Virus record (IMG/VR): IMGVR_UViG_3300002448_000002 | Location: 1,569-65,568 of that record | From: a virus | Strand: one strand, 5' to 3' | DNA length: 64,000 nt | Shown: positions 8,899 through 18,545 of the stretch, in pieces | How the letters are laid out: each line of letters begins with the position of its first letter | Position numbering within the stretch: the first letter of the stretch is position 1 | Notes under the pieces: model-generated | Databases searched by the model: none | Seen by the model: the letters and a program-made list of their open reading frames with translations, nothing else | Told to the model about the DNA's origin: nothing | Position numbers and translations under genes: made by a program

Positions 8899-10566
8899 AT
8901 GGTTGTCTTAGCCAAGCAGGCACTGGTGGATTACATCCATCGTCCTCTCGATGACTGGACGTGGGTCAAAAAGCTCACTCGGCAGGACATCGAGAAGATC
9001 ATCTCTGAATACAAACCCGCGCCTGTTTTCAAAACTGAGCCGTATCTGCACCAGCTTCAAACCTACCTAGTTTGCACCAATGTATCTCGCTTTGGTCTGT
9101 TCCCGGAGATGGGTCTGGGAAAGACGAAGATAGCGTTGGACATCATTACGGACTTTCAACGTCGCCGTCTCATCCGTTCAGCACTTGTGGTGTGTTTGAA
9201 CGAGGTATCCGTTTATGGTTGGGAGGAGGAGGCGCAGATCCACTCGGACCTCTCCGTGGTTTCGTCCATAGGATCCCGTTCGGACAAGGAAGTGTCGTTG
9301 CAACGCACCGCGGACGTCCACCTAATGACGTATGCGGGTCTGCACTCCTATGTCACCAAGCTCCCTGACAAGAAGGGAAGCGCGAAGCGAAAGAGGCGTC
9401 TCATATCTCGAGTGGTTCGTGAAATACAGACCAAGTTTGACCTGGTCGTGTTCGATGAAGTGCAGATGTTGATGAACCCCTCCAGTGGTACCTCGCAATC
9501 GTGTAAAGCCATAGCGGACGAGATGGGCTACGTTTATGGCATGACAGGTACTCCGATGGGGCGTGACCCCAAGCCTCTTTTTGGCGAGATGTTGGTGATA
9601 GACAAGGGTGAGTCGTTTGGCAACTCGGAGGAGCTTTTCGAGTACGTTTTCTACAACGCGGTACAGGCGGGGAAGTGGAAGAAAAAGACCGTAGACCTCC
9701 GCATGACGGAAGACCTAAATCGGATGCTGCGGCATCGTTCTATAACCTACTTGAACAGTGAGTGCTTTGACGTACCGAAGATCGTACGCCAAACGTTTCG
9801 CGCTACGATGACCGCGGAGATGGGTGAGCACATGAATGACTTGCTAATCGCAGCGCGCGAGGCAAGAGAGGCCATTGAGCGCGGGGATGTATTGAAGCAG
9901 AAGAACGTGTTCATCCGTCAGAGACAATTGACAGGTGGTAACCTTGTACTGGACCCCACCGACGATAGCGAAAAGATGGAAGTCCCCTTGAGAATGAATC
10001 CCAAGGTGGACCACATGGTGGAGCTTGTAGAGTCAGTACCCATGGTGAATAAGGCCATTGTGTTTTACGAGTACAACGTTACAGGGGACCGTGCAGAAGC
10101 CGCGATCAAGGAACGGGGTGTGAAGTACGTTCGGCTATGGGGGCAGACGAAGAATTCGAAGAAGGTGATCGATGGTTTCAAACGAGACCCGAACATACGG
10201 GTGTTGTTAGTCAATTGGAAGATGGGAGGCGCCGCGTTGAACTTGCAGGTGGCGAACTACGTCATCTTCCTAGAGAGCCCTACTTCGCCTATGCACCGCG
10301 CCCAGGCGGAAGAGAGGGTACGACCGAGACTCCAAGAACGCACCTACCTTTATGATATTGTGATCGCTCGTTCTGTGGACGAGCGCATCCTTGAATTCCA
10401 CGCGGAAGGTAAAGACCTTTTCGAACAGATTGTGGTGGGCAAGGAACCATTGATAAAGAGGTATCGGAGGTCGATAAAGTGCCATCCTGGTTCGAACAAC
10501 GACGGGCGCAGCAATCGTTCTGGCGTAAACAAGACCCGGAGATCAAGGAGGTCACGGGTGAGTTAG
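8899..10566 (+). CDS. SNF2-family (SF2) helicase
   Basis: EMGLGKT, VFDEVQ, MTGTPM, LLKQKN..RQRQLTGG, GGAALNLQVANYVIFLE; the C-terminus overlaps terL by 88 nt. Confidence 0.88.
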   Translation: MVVLAKQALVDYIHRPLDDWTWVKKLTRQDIEKIISEYKPAPVFKTEPYLHQLQTYLVCTNVSRFGLFPEMGLGKTKIALDIITDFQRRRLIRSALVVCLNEVSVYGWEEEAQIHSDLSVVSSIGSRSDKEVSLQRTADVHLMTYAGLHSYVTKLPDKKGSAKRKRRLISRVVREIQTKFDLVVFDEVQMLMNPSSGTSQSCKAIADEMGYVYGMTGTPMGRDPKPLFGEMLVIDKGESFGNSEELFEYVFYNAVQAGKWKKKTVDLRMTEDLNRMLRHRSITYLNSECFDVPKIVRQTFRATMTAEMGEHMNDLLIAAREAREAIERGDVLKQKNVFIRQRQLTGGNLVLDPTDDSEKMEVPLRMNPKVDHMVELVESVPMVNKAIVFYEYNVTGDRAEAAIKERGVKYVRLWGQTKNSKKVIDGFKRDPNIRVLLVNWKMGGAALNLQVANYVIFLESPTSPMHRAQAEERVRPRLQERTYLYDIVIARSVDERILEFHAEGKDLFEQIVVGKEPLIKRYRRSIKCHPGSNNDGRSNRSGVNKTRRSRRSRVS

Positions 10567-11861
10567 TTGGAGGGGAGCTTGCAGCCCGTCGGGGCAACGC
10601 GCCTCAGATAGTCAAGGGAGGTATGTGGCCACACCAACGTGAGTGGTGGGAGGCCACCACATTTATCAAGGCCCTTGTGACGGGGTACGGAGGGGGGAAA
10701 ACACTGGTAGGGGCGAAGCGAGCCCTCGCCATGGCCATATACAACTTCCCCTCCCCCGTTGCGTGGGTGAGCCCGTCCTACAAGGTGGCCAAGCGCACGG
10801 CCATCCCCACTATGAAAGGGCTGCTCTACGGCAAGCAAACGTTGATGCCCGGGCAGTTGAAGTGGGATTTCAACAAGGCCGATCTCGAGTTTCAAATTCA
10901 GTACAAACAAGCGAACGCAATCGTGTGGATCATGTCGGGGGATGACCCCGATGCTCTGAAAGGCCCGAACCTGGCGGCCGGTTACATAGACGAGCCATTC
11001 ATTCAACCCCGAGAAGTGTTCGACCAGGTGCTCGCTCGTGTTCGAGATCCGCGTGCTCGTTACTTAGAGATCGGGTTGATGGGTACGCCCGAGGAGCTCA
11101 ATTGGGGCTACGACATTTGCGAGGGCGAGGAAAAGGACAACCATGACCTCACCTTGGTGCAGGCATCGACGAAGGCCAACAAAGCTCTGCCGAGTGACTA
11201 CGCCGCGAGGCTAGAGCTCGGGTACGACGACAAGGCCGCGCTCGCATTCGTGGATGGGCAGTTCGTATCGCTAGCCAAAGGTCTCGTCTACTATGCGTTC
11301 AATCCTGATACGTGCATTGTGGACCTGCCTGATCCGGGGCACGAGCTCTGTGTAGGAATGGATTTCAACGTGGACCCGATGGCGTTTGTTGTGTTTTGGA
11401 AGCGTGGTGATCGAATGCACGTAGTGAAGGAATACGAACTGCCGAACAGCGACACGGAGGACGCGTGCGTCAAGTTGCGCGAGGACTGGGGCGACCGCAT
11501 TCGAGACGTCTACCCCGACGCTTCGGGCAATGCGCGGCAGACGAACGCTCCGGGCGGACGTTCGGACTTTCACATTCTGCGCGAGTTTGGGTTCACAGTT
11601 CGAACGAAGAAGACGAACCCTCCCCGTCGTGATCGATTCAATTCGGTAAATGGCAAGTTCAAGTCCCGCAAGGAAACAGCCCCCAGTCTGACGATATCCC
11701 CGAAGTGTAAAAAGCTGAAGCGCTACCTGATCGAATTCAACCACGAAAACGCTCACAAGCTGCGCCATATGTCGCACCTCACAGACGCACTCGGCTACCC
11801 CGTTGCATACCTCTACCCCATACGTCGCACGACCGGCCCTCTCCGCATTTCAGGGCATTAG
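10479..11861 (+). CDS. terL: Terminase large subunit
   Basis: Walker A GYGGGKT, LKGPNLAAGYIDEP, MGTPE, nuclease GMDFNVDPM, YPDASG, HLTDALGY; GGAGG RBS before the GTG. Confidence 0.93.
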   Translation: MPSWFEQRRAQQSFWRKQDPEIKEVTGELVGGELAARRGNAPQIVKGGMWPHQREWWEATTFIKALVTGYGGGKTLVGAKRALAMAIYNFPSPVAWVSPSYKVAKRTAIPTMKGLLYGKQTLMPGQLKWDFNKADLEFQIQYKQANAIVWIMSGDDPDALKGPNLAAGYIDEPFIQPREVFDQVLARVRDPRARYLEIGLMGTPEELNWGYDICEGEEKDNHDLTLVQASTKANKALPSDYAARLELGYDDKAALAFVDGQFVSLAKGLVYYAFNPDTCIVDLPDPGHELCVGMDFNVDPMAFVVFWKRGDRMHVVKEYELPNSDTEDACVKLREDWGDRIRDVYPDASGNARQTNAPGGRSDFHILREFGFTVRTKKTNPPRRDRFNSVNGKFKSRKETAPSLTISPKCKKLKRYLIEFNHENAHKLRHMSHLTDALGYPVAYLYPIRRTTGPLRISGH

Positions 11862-11893
11862 CCCCATCGTCGTCCCCGTTGCGCGTTGACCCC

Positions 11894-11910
11894 GGCAGGG
11901 GAGGGCTGAG
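11894..11910 (+). repeat. Dispersed motif GGCAGGGGAGGGCTGAG, copy 1
   Basis: CGGCAGGGGAGGGCTGAG at 11893-11910 is identical to 40359-40376; its 17-bp core is the exact reverse complement of 13921-13937. Confidence 0.85.
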
Positions 11911-12121
11911 AGGTTCGTCCGCCCTCTCGTCCTGCCATAGCAGGCGTCCACCCGCTAAGTGATTGATTCCTCGTGGATCCACGGCACATGAGGAATCCCC
12001 GAAGATCCACGGTGGTGAAGGAACCGCGTGCATACGCGCGCGTAGGGCACCTCCAAGTGATTGATCTTCCAGGTGGAAAATCCCGGTGTCTTCCCGGTTT
12101 GACAAGCGTGCCAGCGCAGTT

Positions 12122-12141
12122 CAAACTCGCTAGCGAGTTTG
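12122..12141. promoter_or_regulatory. Perfect 20-bp palindrome CAAACTCGCTAGCGAGTTTG, candidate operator
   Basis: Self-complementary; begins 17 bp after TTGACA (12099-12104), so it overlaps the expected -10 position upstream of the 12161 gene. Confidence 0.5.
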
Positions 12142-12160
12142 GCACACATGGGAGACGGAG

Positions 12161-12541
12161 ATGGACCTGAGATTGACGAACAACGGTCTGAGCTGGAGCA
12201 ACAGATCGGGCAATTGCGGCGTTCGCGCAATCGCGAACTACGCGGGCATTGATTACGCCGAGGCGAGGAAGATGGTCAAGCAGGTCGTCAGCATCGGGCT
12301 GGTCAATCGTCGCGGGATGTTGCGGGAAGAGATCGACAAGGTAGCCGACAAGCTCGGTCTCGAGCCCGTTCGTCTCCTGGAACGAGGCACGCTGGAACAG
12401 CACGCTGAGTTCCTGGGAGACGGCTTGTATTCGATTGAAAACCCGCCCCACCTGACGTCAGTGGTGGACGGAGTGTCAGTCGATAATCACGATTACCGAG
12501 GCTGTGTAGCGAAGGTCGCGTACCTGCCCAAGGTGGCATAG
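12161..12541 (+). CDS. Hypothetical protein, possible papain-like (C39-like) fold
   Basis: NCGVRAIA ... PHLTSVVDGVSVD gives Cys-His-Asp in the expected order; GGAG RBS. Confidence 0.45.
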   Translation: MDLRLTNNGLSWSNRSGNCGVRAIANYAGIDYAEARKMVKQVVSIGLVNRRGMLREEIDKVADKLGLEPVRLLERGTLEQHAEFLGDGLYSIENPPHLTSVVDGVSVDNHDYRGCVAKVAYLPKVA

Positions 12542-12543
12542 TC

Positions 12544-12945
12544 ATGAGCGCACGAAACGCAATGCAGGGGATGAAGTGGATCCGCAACGAGCGTCGGTTG
12601 GCCATCTACCTGCGAGATGGCCTGGCGTGCGTGTATTGCGGGGACACGGTCGAGGATGGCGCGAAGCTGACGCTGGACCATCTGAAGCCGAACAGTCGCG
12701 GGGGCACAAACGACACGACGAATCTCGTCACATGCTGCCACCGTTGCAACAGCAGTCGAGGCAATCGCAACGTTCGCGAATTCACGCGGTCCGTTGCCAA
12801 TTACCTGAATCACGGGATCGACGCTGAGGCCATCGAACGCCACGTCCGCAATTGCGCGCGACGTGTGATCGACACGGCCGAGGCGAAGATGCTGATCGCA
12901 CGCCGGGGCGGGTTCGTCGCGGCGCTCAAGGGAGACACGAAATGA
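12544..12945 (+). CDS. HNH endonuclease
   Basis: RDGLACVYCG, LTLDHLKP.SRGG.N...NLVTCCHRCNSSRG. Confidence 0.92.
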   Translation: MSARNAMQGMKWIRNERRLAIYLRDGLACVYCGDTVEDGAKLTLDHLKPNSRGGTNDTTNLVTCCHRCNSSRGNRNVREFTRSVANYLNHGIDAEAIERHVRNCARRVIDTAEAKMLIARRGGFVAALKGDTK

Positions 12946-13265
12946 TCAACGTACCGAACAACGCGATGGACTACATCAACTCATGCGCGAAGCCTGACAC
13001 CATCGGGAATGACTACACCATTGTCGAATTGAGCGAGTTCAACGACTTCCTGTCAGGCGTCGAATCGCTCACGGTCTTCGGTTCACACGTCGCAGCGGCG
13101 AAGTACGCGATTTATCAGGCGCACGAGTACGCGGACATGTCGGACGACGAGATCAACGAAGTCATGAGGGATTCGATGTACGAGTCCTACCCGGGTGAGC
13201 ACATTCGCGGGCCGGAAGACGTATTTGAGCCGCACATGCCCACAGACTCGGGCCTGGTGTACTGA
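12942..13265 (+). CDS. Hypothetical acidic protein
   Basis: ATGA coupling with the HNH gene, GGAG RBS. Confidence 0.55.
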   Translation: MINVPNNAMDYINSCAKPDTIGNDYTIVELSEFNDFLSGVESLTVFGSHVAAAKYAIYQAHEYADMSDDEINEVMRDSMYESYPGEHIRGPEDVFEPHMPTDSGLVY

Positions 13266-13287
13266 GCGACGCAAACGGAGACATCTG

Positions 13288-13698
13288 ATGCCGAAAGCGA
13301 TTGGTTTCACCGGGGTGCAATTCGTGCCCCGTTCATCCGCATTGGCGGCCCTGCAAAACATGCTGCTCGAGTTTCGCAGTCAGGGGTTCGACGAGTTTCA
13401 CCACGGTGATTGCGTGGGGGCCGACGCGGCCGCGCACAAGCGTGCAATACGCGCAGGGTTCGTCGTTCACATTCACCCGCCGACCGATACGTCGAGGCGT
13501 GCGTTCAGCGAGGGTGCGGCATACGTCCACGAACCCTGGAAGTATTTGATCCGCAATCGACATATCGCGAAGGCTTGCGACGTGTTGATCGCGATGCCCG
13601 TGGACCCGAATCGCGAGGTGAGGCGGTCCGGTGAATGGGCGACGGTTCGATACGCGCGGGAGTACGGCAAGCGCGTGGTGTTCATTGCAGCGGACTGA
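13288..13698 (+). CDS. SLOG-superfamily (DprA/YspA-like) nucleotide-binding protein
   Basis: IGFTG, HHGDCVGAD, LIRNRHIA..CDVLIA.P, RSGEWATVRYA...GK. Confidence 0.7.
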   Translation: MPKAIGFTGVQFVPRSSALAALQNMLLEFRSQGFDEFHHGDCVGADAAAHKRAIRAGFVVHIHPPTDTSRRAFSEGAAYVHEPWKYLIRNRHIAKACDVLIAMPVDPNREVRRSGEWATVRYAREYGKRVVFIAAD

Positions 13699-13723
13699 CA
13701 CCCCGCAACTGTAGCAACCCTCA

Positions 13724-13761
13724 GACGCGGCAGGTCCTCCCCTGCCGCGTCTTCCAACTTT
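13724..13761 (+). terminator. GC-rich hairpin after the SLOG gene, probable terminator
   Basis: GACGCGGCAGG / CCTGCCGCGTC 11-bp perfect stem with a 6-nt loop, followed by TTCCAACTTT. Confidence 0.55.
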
Positions 13762-13781
13762 ACCCCCGTTCCCCACTCCGC

Positions 13782-13790
13782 TGTTACAAT
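13782..13790 (+). promoter_or_regulatory. Extended -10 promoter element TGTTACAAT
   Basis: TGn + TACAAT in the intergenic region upstream of the TerS-like gene; followed by an 11-bp hairpin at 13803-13827. Confidence 0.45.
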
Positions 13791-13847
13791 CGCGCGTCAC
13801 GGCGCCCCTGAGAGGGTCTCAGGGGCGGATAACGGAGACGACAGGGA

Positions 13848-14420
13848 ATGGCGAAGTCCCCCGCAACGCGAACCCGCACCCGCAAGGCTGCACCCAGCAA
13901 AAAGGCCCCGGCAAAGGGGGCTCAGCCCTCCCCTGCCCCCAAGAAGAAGACCACTACTCCTACACGCAAACGGCTGAGCGTGCGGGAGGGGTATCGTCAG
14001 CGCAACGGAGAGTGTAGCCTCGATCTGGTCGAGGGGCTGGTGTTCAAGCTGCGACAGGGCATACCCGTAGACCGCGCCTGTGACCTGATTGGTCTGCATC
14101 GTTCGAAGTACACTACGTGGTGCAAATGGGGTGAGGACTACCTTGAAGCCCCCGACGACGAAGTGGCGCAGATGTCGAAGGAGGACCGGGACAAGGGCGA
14201 GATTTACGCCTACCTGTACATCGCCACCAAGTCCGCCATTGCGGAGCATCTTGAGTCCATAATCAGCGGCGAATTGAACTCGACGTCTGGGCTATGGAAG
14301 AAGGGACTTTCGATACTTGAACGACGGGACGCCCACAATTGGGCTAGAGTGAGATCACGTCATATTGGTATCGGGGATGAGCTTGGTGATCAGTTCACTC
14401 CAGATCCTACCTTCCTGTAG
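13848..14420 (+). CDS. Terminase small subunit-like HTH protein
   Basis: LRQGIPVDRACDLIGLHRSKYTTW HTH and WKKGLSILERRD..NW, typical of HTH-type TerS; basic low-complexity N-terminus; lies before the portal. Confidence 0.62.
   Translation: MAKSPATRTRTRKAAPSKKAPAKGAQPSPAPKKKTTTPTRKRLSVREGYRQRNGECSLDLVEGLVFKLRQGIPVDRACDLIGLHRSKYTTWCKWGEDYLEAPDDEVAQMSKEDRDKGEIYAYLYIATKSAIAEHLESIISGELNSTSGLWKKGLSILERRDAHNWARVRSRHIGIGDELGDQFTPDPTFL
13921..13937 (-). repeat. Dispersed motif, inverted copy inside the TerS-like ORF
   Basis: CTCAGCCCTCCCCTGCC is the reverse complement of 11894-11910. Confidence 0.8.
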
Positions 14421-14425
14421 CAGTC

Positions 14426-15019
14426 ATGTACGGTCGTCCATCAGCGCAGCCACTGGCACCCCACCTCTCACCCAAGTACCGCAGAAGGCGCCGACGTGCT
14501 CGCCTTAGTTTCTTCAATCAGCAACAAACCAAACAGTTTCGTGAACGTTGGCGTAATCGTTCCTGCATTGTCGGCTCTTGGTTGTTGGTCAATCGAAAAT
14601 TGAACTTCTCATGGTTCCCCGCACGAGTGATTGAAGTGACACATGACTTCGACCCTCGCATTGTGTGGTACTTCGGGGACACTCCTCCTAGGTGCCCACG
14701 CCATATGGTGCATTTGGAGCAGCACGCAGTGAAGACGCGTGGGACTTACCTCATGCGCGAATTGCAGACGATGCCTACGTCCACATATGCGGTGCTTCCT
14801 AGGTGGATGGACTTGAGTGGTTTGCTGAACGTCTTGGGTAGGCAGTTCACTGGTTGGACATCGTTGAGAGGAGCTATGCAGGAACTTGAGGTTCTTTGTG
14901 ATCCTTACAAGTGGTATTGGAACAAGAAACGTCGCCTGCTTCTTGATCGCATAGAGCGGGTGTATCCACGAATCGAATCAGGAGGTGAACGAGATGCCGG
15001 TACAAGACAGAAATCCTGA
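14426..15019 (+). CDS. Hypothetical protein
   Basis: 197-aa ORF filling the gap between the TerS-like gene and the portal; no motif recognised. Confidence 0.45.
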   Translation: MYGRPSAQPLAPHLSPKYRRRRRRARLSFFNQQQTKQFRERWRNRSCIVGSWLLVNRKLNFSWFPARVIEVTHDFDPRIVWYFGDTPPRCPRHMVHLEQHAVKTRGTYLMRELQTMPTSTYAVLPRWMDLSGLLNVLGRQFTGWTSLRGAMQELEVLCDPYKWYWNKKRRLLLDRIERVYPRIESGGERDAGTRQKS

Positions 15020-16481
15020 ATACGTGCAGAACGAAAGCAAGTGGCTGAAGTGTCGCGTATGTGCGGAAGGGGAGGAGGCCGTCAAGGCATCGGGACCAGT
15101 GTTCCTGCCGCTGCTTGAGGCGCAGGACGAGAGTGAGTACAACGCCTACAAGACGCGTGCCAGTTTCTTCGCAGGCACGTCCCGCGCAATCGCAGCACTC
15201 GTCGGCATGCTTTTCAAGAAGCCTCCAAGGGTGGAGGGATCCACCGAGGACTTGGACGAGGTACTGAAAACAGTTACAGAGGACAAGACGGACCTCCTGA
15301 CCTTCGTCAAGCACATAACGGAGGAGGTGGTTACGGTAGGCCGTACATGTGTGGTGGTAGACGTTGCTTCGGACGTGCCTTCTGCTTCCCCGTACCTCAC
15401 CTCCTACACAGCGGAGCAGGTGATCAACTGGAAGACCGAAATAAAGGAAGACGGCTCCCGCGGTGTTTCGCTGTTGGTCATCTATGAAACACACTCAGAA
15501 CCCGAGGATGAGTTTTCACACGACACGGTTCCGCAGATTCGGGTTCTTGGTCTTGAGGAAGGCAAGTACTACGTTCGTTTGTATCGGGAACGAGAAAGGC
15601 CGGACCCGAAGAATCCTGACGGACCTCCCATCGTTGAGTGGGTTTTGGAGGAAACGTTGTATCCAGTAGTGCGCGGTCAGCGTCTGACCTTCATCCCCGC
15701 GGTAATCATCGGTGTTATGGACACTGCCCCTGACGTGGAGAAGCCTCCTCTGTTGGACGTGGCGGAAGTGAACCTGAGTCTGTATCGCACATCCGCGGAC
15801 CTTGAGCATGGAAGGCACTTCACAGCCTTGCCTACCGCATACGTGGCAGGGGACGTGGACGAGGACAGGCATTCCAAGGGACTGAAACTTGGGTCCACGT
15901 CGATTATCAAATTGGAAGCGGGAGGCACGGCCGGCTTCCTGGAGTTCACAGGTCAAGGACTTTCCTCACTCGAAAAGGCGACCACGGACAAGAAGGAAGA
16001 GATGGCTGTTCTTGGTGCTCGCATATTGCTGAGCGACCCAAGCTTTCAGGAGGCATCCGAGACACTTCGCATTCGCAAGTTGGGTGAAGGTTCAATCGCA
16101 GCTTCCATTGCCAATACGGTAGGGGTGGGGATGACACAGGCCCTCCGATGGTGGCAGATGTGGCATCAGGCGCGCGAAACGCTGGAGATGAATCTCAATA
16201 CGGAGTTCGTGGAAGTTGCTCTCGACGCCACACTGTTGCAGAATCTCATGGCGGCTGTGATGCAGAAGCAGTTGTCTTGGGAGAGCTTCTTTTACAACGT
16301 CAAGAAGAGTGAATTGGTGCCTGAGGAACGCACTCTGGAGGAAGAGATTGAGTTGATCAACAGCGGTGGTCCAAATCCTCTTGATGGTGCCGAAGAAGAT
16401 CCCGAGGATGACGACCCCGAGGATGATCCTGAAGACGATGATCCGGAGGACGACCCCGAAGATGACCCAGATAACGAATAG
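14994..16481 (+). CDS. Portal protein (DUF4055-type)
   Basis: E..Y.AYK.RA.F, YTAEQVINW, KPPLLDVAEVNLSLYR.SAD..HG.HFTALPT, GFLEFTGQGL; acidic EDDP-repeat tail; GGAGG RBS. Confidence 0.88.
   Translation: MPVQDRNPEYVQNESKWLKCRVCAEGEEAVKASGPVFLPLLEAQDESEYNAYKTRASFFAGTSRAIAALVGMLFKKPPRVEGSTEDLDEVLKTVTEDKTDLLTFVKHITEEVVTVGRTCVVVDVASDVPSASPYLTSYTAEQVINWKTEIKEDGSRGVSLLVIYETHSEPEDEFSHDTVPQIRVLGLEEGKYYVRLYRERERPDPKNPDGPPIVEWVLEETLYPVVRGQRLTFIPAVIIGVMDTAPDVEKPPLLDVAEVNLSLYRTSADLEHGRHFTALPTAYVAGDVDEDRHSKGLKLGSTSIIKLEAGGTAGFLEFTGQGLSSLEKATTDKKEEMAVLGARILLSDPSFQEASETLRIRKLGEGSIAASIANTVGVGMTQALRWWQMWHQARETLEMNLNTEFVEVALDATLLQNLMAAVMQKQLSWESFFYNVKKSELVPEERTLEEEIELINSGGPNPLDGAEEDPEDDDPEDDPEDDDPEDDPEDDPDNE
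16398..16478 (+). repeat. Acidic (EDDP/EDDDP)n coding repeat at the portal C-terminus
   Basis: Translation EDPEDDDPEDDPEDDDPEDDPEDDPDNE. Confidence 0.8.
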
Positions 16482-16534
16482 CACCACGACGGCGGTATAG
16501 ACGTTTCGTAAGCTCGCACTGAGAGGGGTACGTC

Positions 16535-17296
16535 ATGCCGTCGCAAAAAATGTTCTTCGATATCACTCCGCACACCAACCACTGTGGTATCAGTTTGGTG
16601 GTGGAGAGGGTGCAAGATGACGAGGTAGAGATGGTGGAGTCTTGTACCGTCTGGATGGCCAGTGCCGCCAATATGGACAAGGCTCTGAAGAAGGTTAGGG
16701 TGATGTGCGAAGATGCGTCAGTTCGTATCAACTCGCGCATACAGGATGAGCAGGACTTGCGCGAGCATGCAAAGACCATCATCCCAGAGGAAGCCGAAGC
16801 CGACCAGCCCGAGCGCAGGAAGAGGTTGAGCACCACGCAGAAGAAGCTCCGTCAGCAGCGCACGCTCGGGCGAATGCTCAAGGACGCCCTGAACCTGAGC
16901 AGATACTGCTTCGACGACAGCCACTCGGATGTATTGGCGGCCCTTGCAGCGGAGCTTTGCACCGAACCCAATAAGGGATACGAGTTGCTCATGGCGGCCG
17001 CCGGCAAGTATCGGGAGGACTTTCAGGTACCTCCTGGTGGTGGGCCTCCTGGTGCGGACAGAGCATTTATCAAGTACACGGACGACGAAGTGAACGAGGT
17101 GCTGAAGAACGTGCCCATGCTTCGCGCGGTGTATCTGATAAACGAGCATCTCATGCTGAGTGGTGACAAGCTGGCGGACACCCGCGCGGAGGCATTGGCA
17201 GAGTTCGCCAGAATCACCGCCTCCAAGATCGAGGGTGTGGAGGCCATACATTTGCTCAGTCAGGCGATCACGAAGCTCATTCATCGGGAGGCATGA
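16535..17296 (+). CDS. Hypothetical protein
   Basis: 253-aa helical ORF with a GAGGGG RBS. Confidence 0.6.
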   Translation: MPSQKMFFDITPHTNHCGISLVVERVQDDEVEMVESCTVWMASAANMDKALKKVRVMCEDASVRINSRIQDEQDLREHAKTIIPEEAEADQPERRKRLSTTQKKLRQQRTLGRMLKDALNLSRYCFDDSHSDVLAALAAELCTEPNKGYELLMAAAGKYREDFQVPPGGGPPGADRAFIKYTDDEVNEVLKNVPMLRAVYLINEHLMLSGDKLADTRAEALAEFARITASKIEGVEAIHLLSQAITKLIHREA

Positions 17297-17299
17297 ATC

Positions 17300-17638
17300 G
17301 TGGATTTGGTAGACGACAAGGGTCATGGTCGCATGAACGAGGATCTCCGTAGATTGTTCCTGGCGGAGGGGTGCAATCCTGCGTGCCATATCTGCGGTGA
17401 GTTGATACCCGTTATGGCATCGTTCGCTTTGGTACCGGCGTGGGAGGTGTGCGACAAGGAGGGTATCGATCACAAGGTTGAGATTATGGTGTGCTGGTCT
17501 TGCAGGGAAAGACCAGTTCCTCACAACCAGGTGATGGCAGCGCAGCAGAAGTTGAAGAACAAACTGGGCAAGAAACACCCCGAGTATACGCCTCCCAGCA
17601 GAGGAGCCTTCGTGGTGGACGGGCGCATAGTAACGTGA
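17300..17638 (+). CDS. Hypothetical protein with putative Zn-binding Cys pairs
   Basis: CHIC and CWSC pairs. Confidence 0.55.
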   Translation: MDLVDDKGHGRMNEDLRRLFLAEGCNPACHICGELIPVMASFALVPAWEVCDKEGIDHKVEIMVCWSCRERPVPHNQVMAAQQKLKNKLGKKHPEYTPPSRGAFVVDGRIVT

Positions 17639-17952
17639 TTGTCGTTAGGGTAGAGTTGCACAGTGCTATGACAGGCAAGGTGACTCTGCTCGCCAAGACG
17701 ATCATCAGCAACAAGCGTCTTCGGGACATGCGAGGTCAGCGTGCTGATTACAGCGTTCGAGTGGGACGTAAGGGGAGGCTTGAGAACCAGCAGGTCCTCC
17801 GCAGTCCCCTGCGCTGGGGCATCGTCACAGACTACCCACGCGAGGCGTTGAATGTGTGGAGGTTGGTCATACGAGCTCTGCTGGCCGCGTTTCCCGAGGA
17901 GGCACCACCGAAGAAGAAACGACGGTTGGTACCAAAGGCACATCTCGACTAG
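17635..17952 (+). CDS. Hypothetical phage protein
   Basis: GTGA-coupled start; VELHSA.TG, YPR..LNVWRLV.RAL. Confidence 0.55.
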   Translation: MIVVRVELHSAMTGKVTLLAKTIISNKRLRDMRGQRADYSVRVGRKGRLENQQVLRSPLRWGIVTDYPREALNVWRLVIRALLAAFPEEAPPKKKRRLVPKAHLD

Positions 17953-17964
17953 AGGGAGTGGAAG

Positions 17965-18234
17965 ATGACTTACAGCACTTATCAGTACAGCAGGCAGGCG
18001 ATGCACGATCATGCGCTTGGTTTCAGCGCCCCGGCAACCGACTACCAGCGCAAGAACATGAAGATGCTTGGATTGTCGGCCGCTCTCAGACCGACTCTGA
18101 CCGTTGGTGAGGCGGCGCGGTTGATCAATCAGGCGTACGCGCAACGTCGCACGCAGGACAGGAAGACGGAGGTGGTTGGTGACCGCGTGCGAATGGAGAA
18201 GCTCGCAAGAGCCATGAATCGAGCCACGGCGTAA
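17965..18234 (+). CDS. Hypothetical protein
   Basis: GAGGGAG RBS; coupled to the next gene. Confidence 0.55.
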   Translation: MTYSTYQYSRQAMHDHALGFSAPATDYQRKNMKMLGLSAALRPTLTVGEAARLINQAYAQRRTQDRKTEVVGDRVRMEKLARAMNRATA

Positions 18235-18545
18235 TGGCCGGGTCGCTGTTCAAGCACGGACCACCCGTGGAGATGGACCTCCCGGATCGAGCCACGCGGG
18301 AATCCCCATTGCAAGGGTTCCCCGCGAACTACGACGAGTGGGTGGCTCAAGCAATCATGCGGGATAACGCAAAGGACTTCCCGCACACGGAGCCTTTCAG
18401 GGAAGTGCCTGGTAGCCCTTGTATGTGCAAGGGCTGTGGCAAGAAGGCGCATATCCTGTGCGGTTCTAGGTGGAAGTGCACATGCGGAGAAACCAACGAG
18501 ATCCCGGTCACATGGGATCATGAAAACAGGAGGGTGGTGAAATGA
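18234..18545 (+). CDS. Hypothetical Zn-ribbon protein
   Basis: CMCKGC and CTCG cluster; coupled to both neighbours. Confidence 0.55.
   Translation: MAGSLFKHGPPVEMDLPDRATRESPLQGFPANYDEWVAQAIMRDNAKDFPHTEPFREVPGSPCMCKGCGKKAHILCGSRWKCTCGETNEIPVTWDHENRRVVK

Noticed and set aside
10479-10566. 88-nt overlap of the SNF2 helicase and terL as a frameshift or sequencing error
   Set aside because: terL has its own GGAGG RBS and GTG, and the helicase motifs are complete before the overlap; a plain C-terminal run-on is sufficient.
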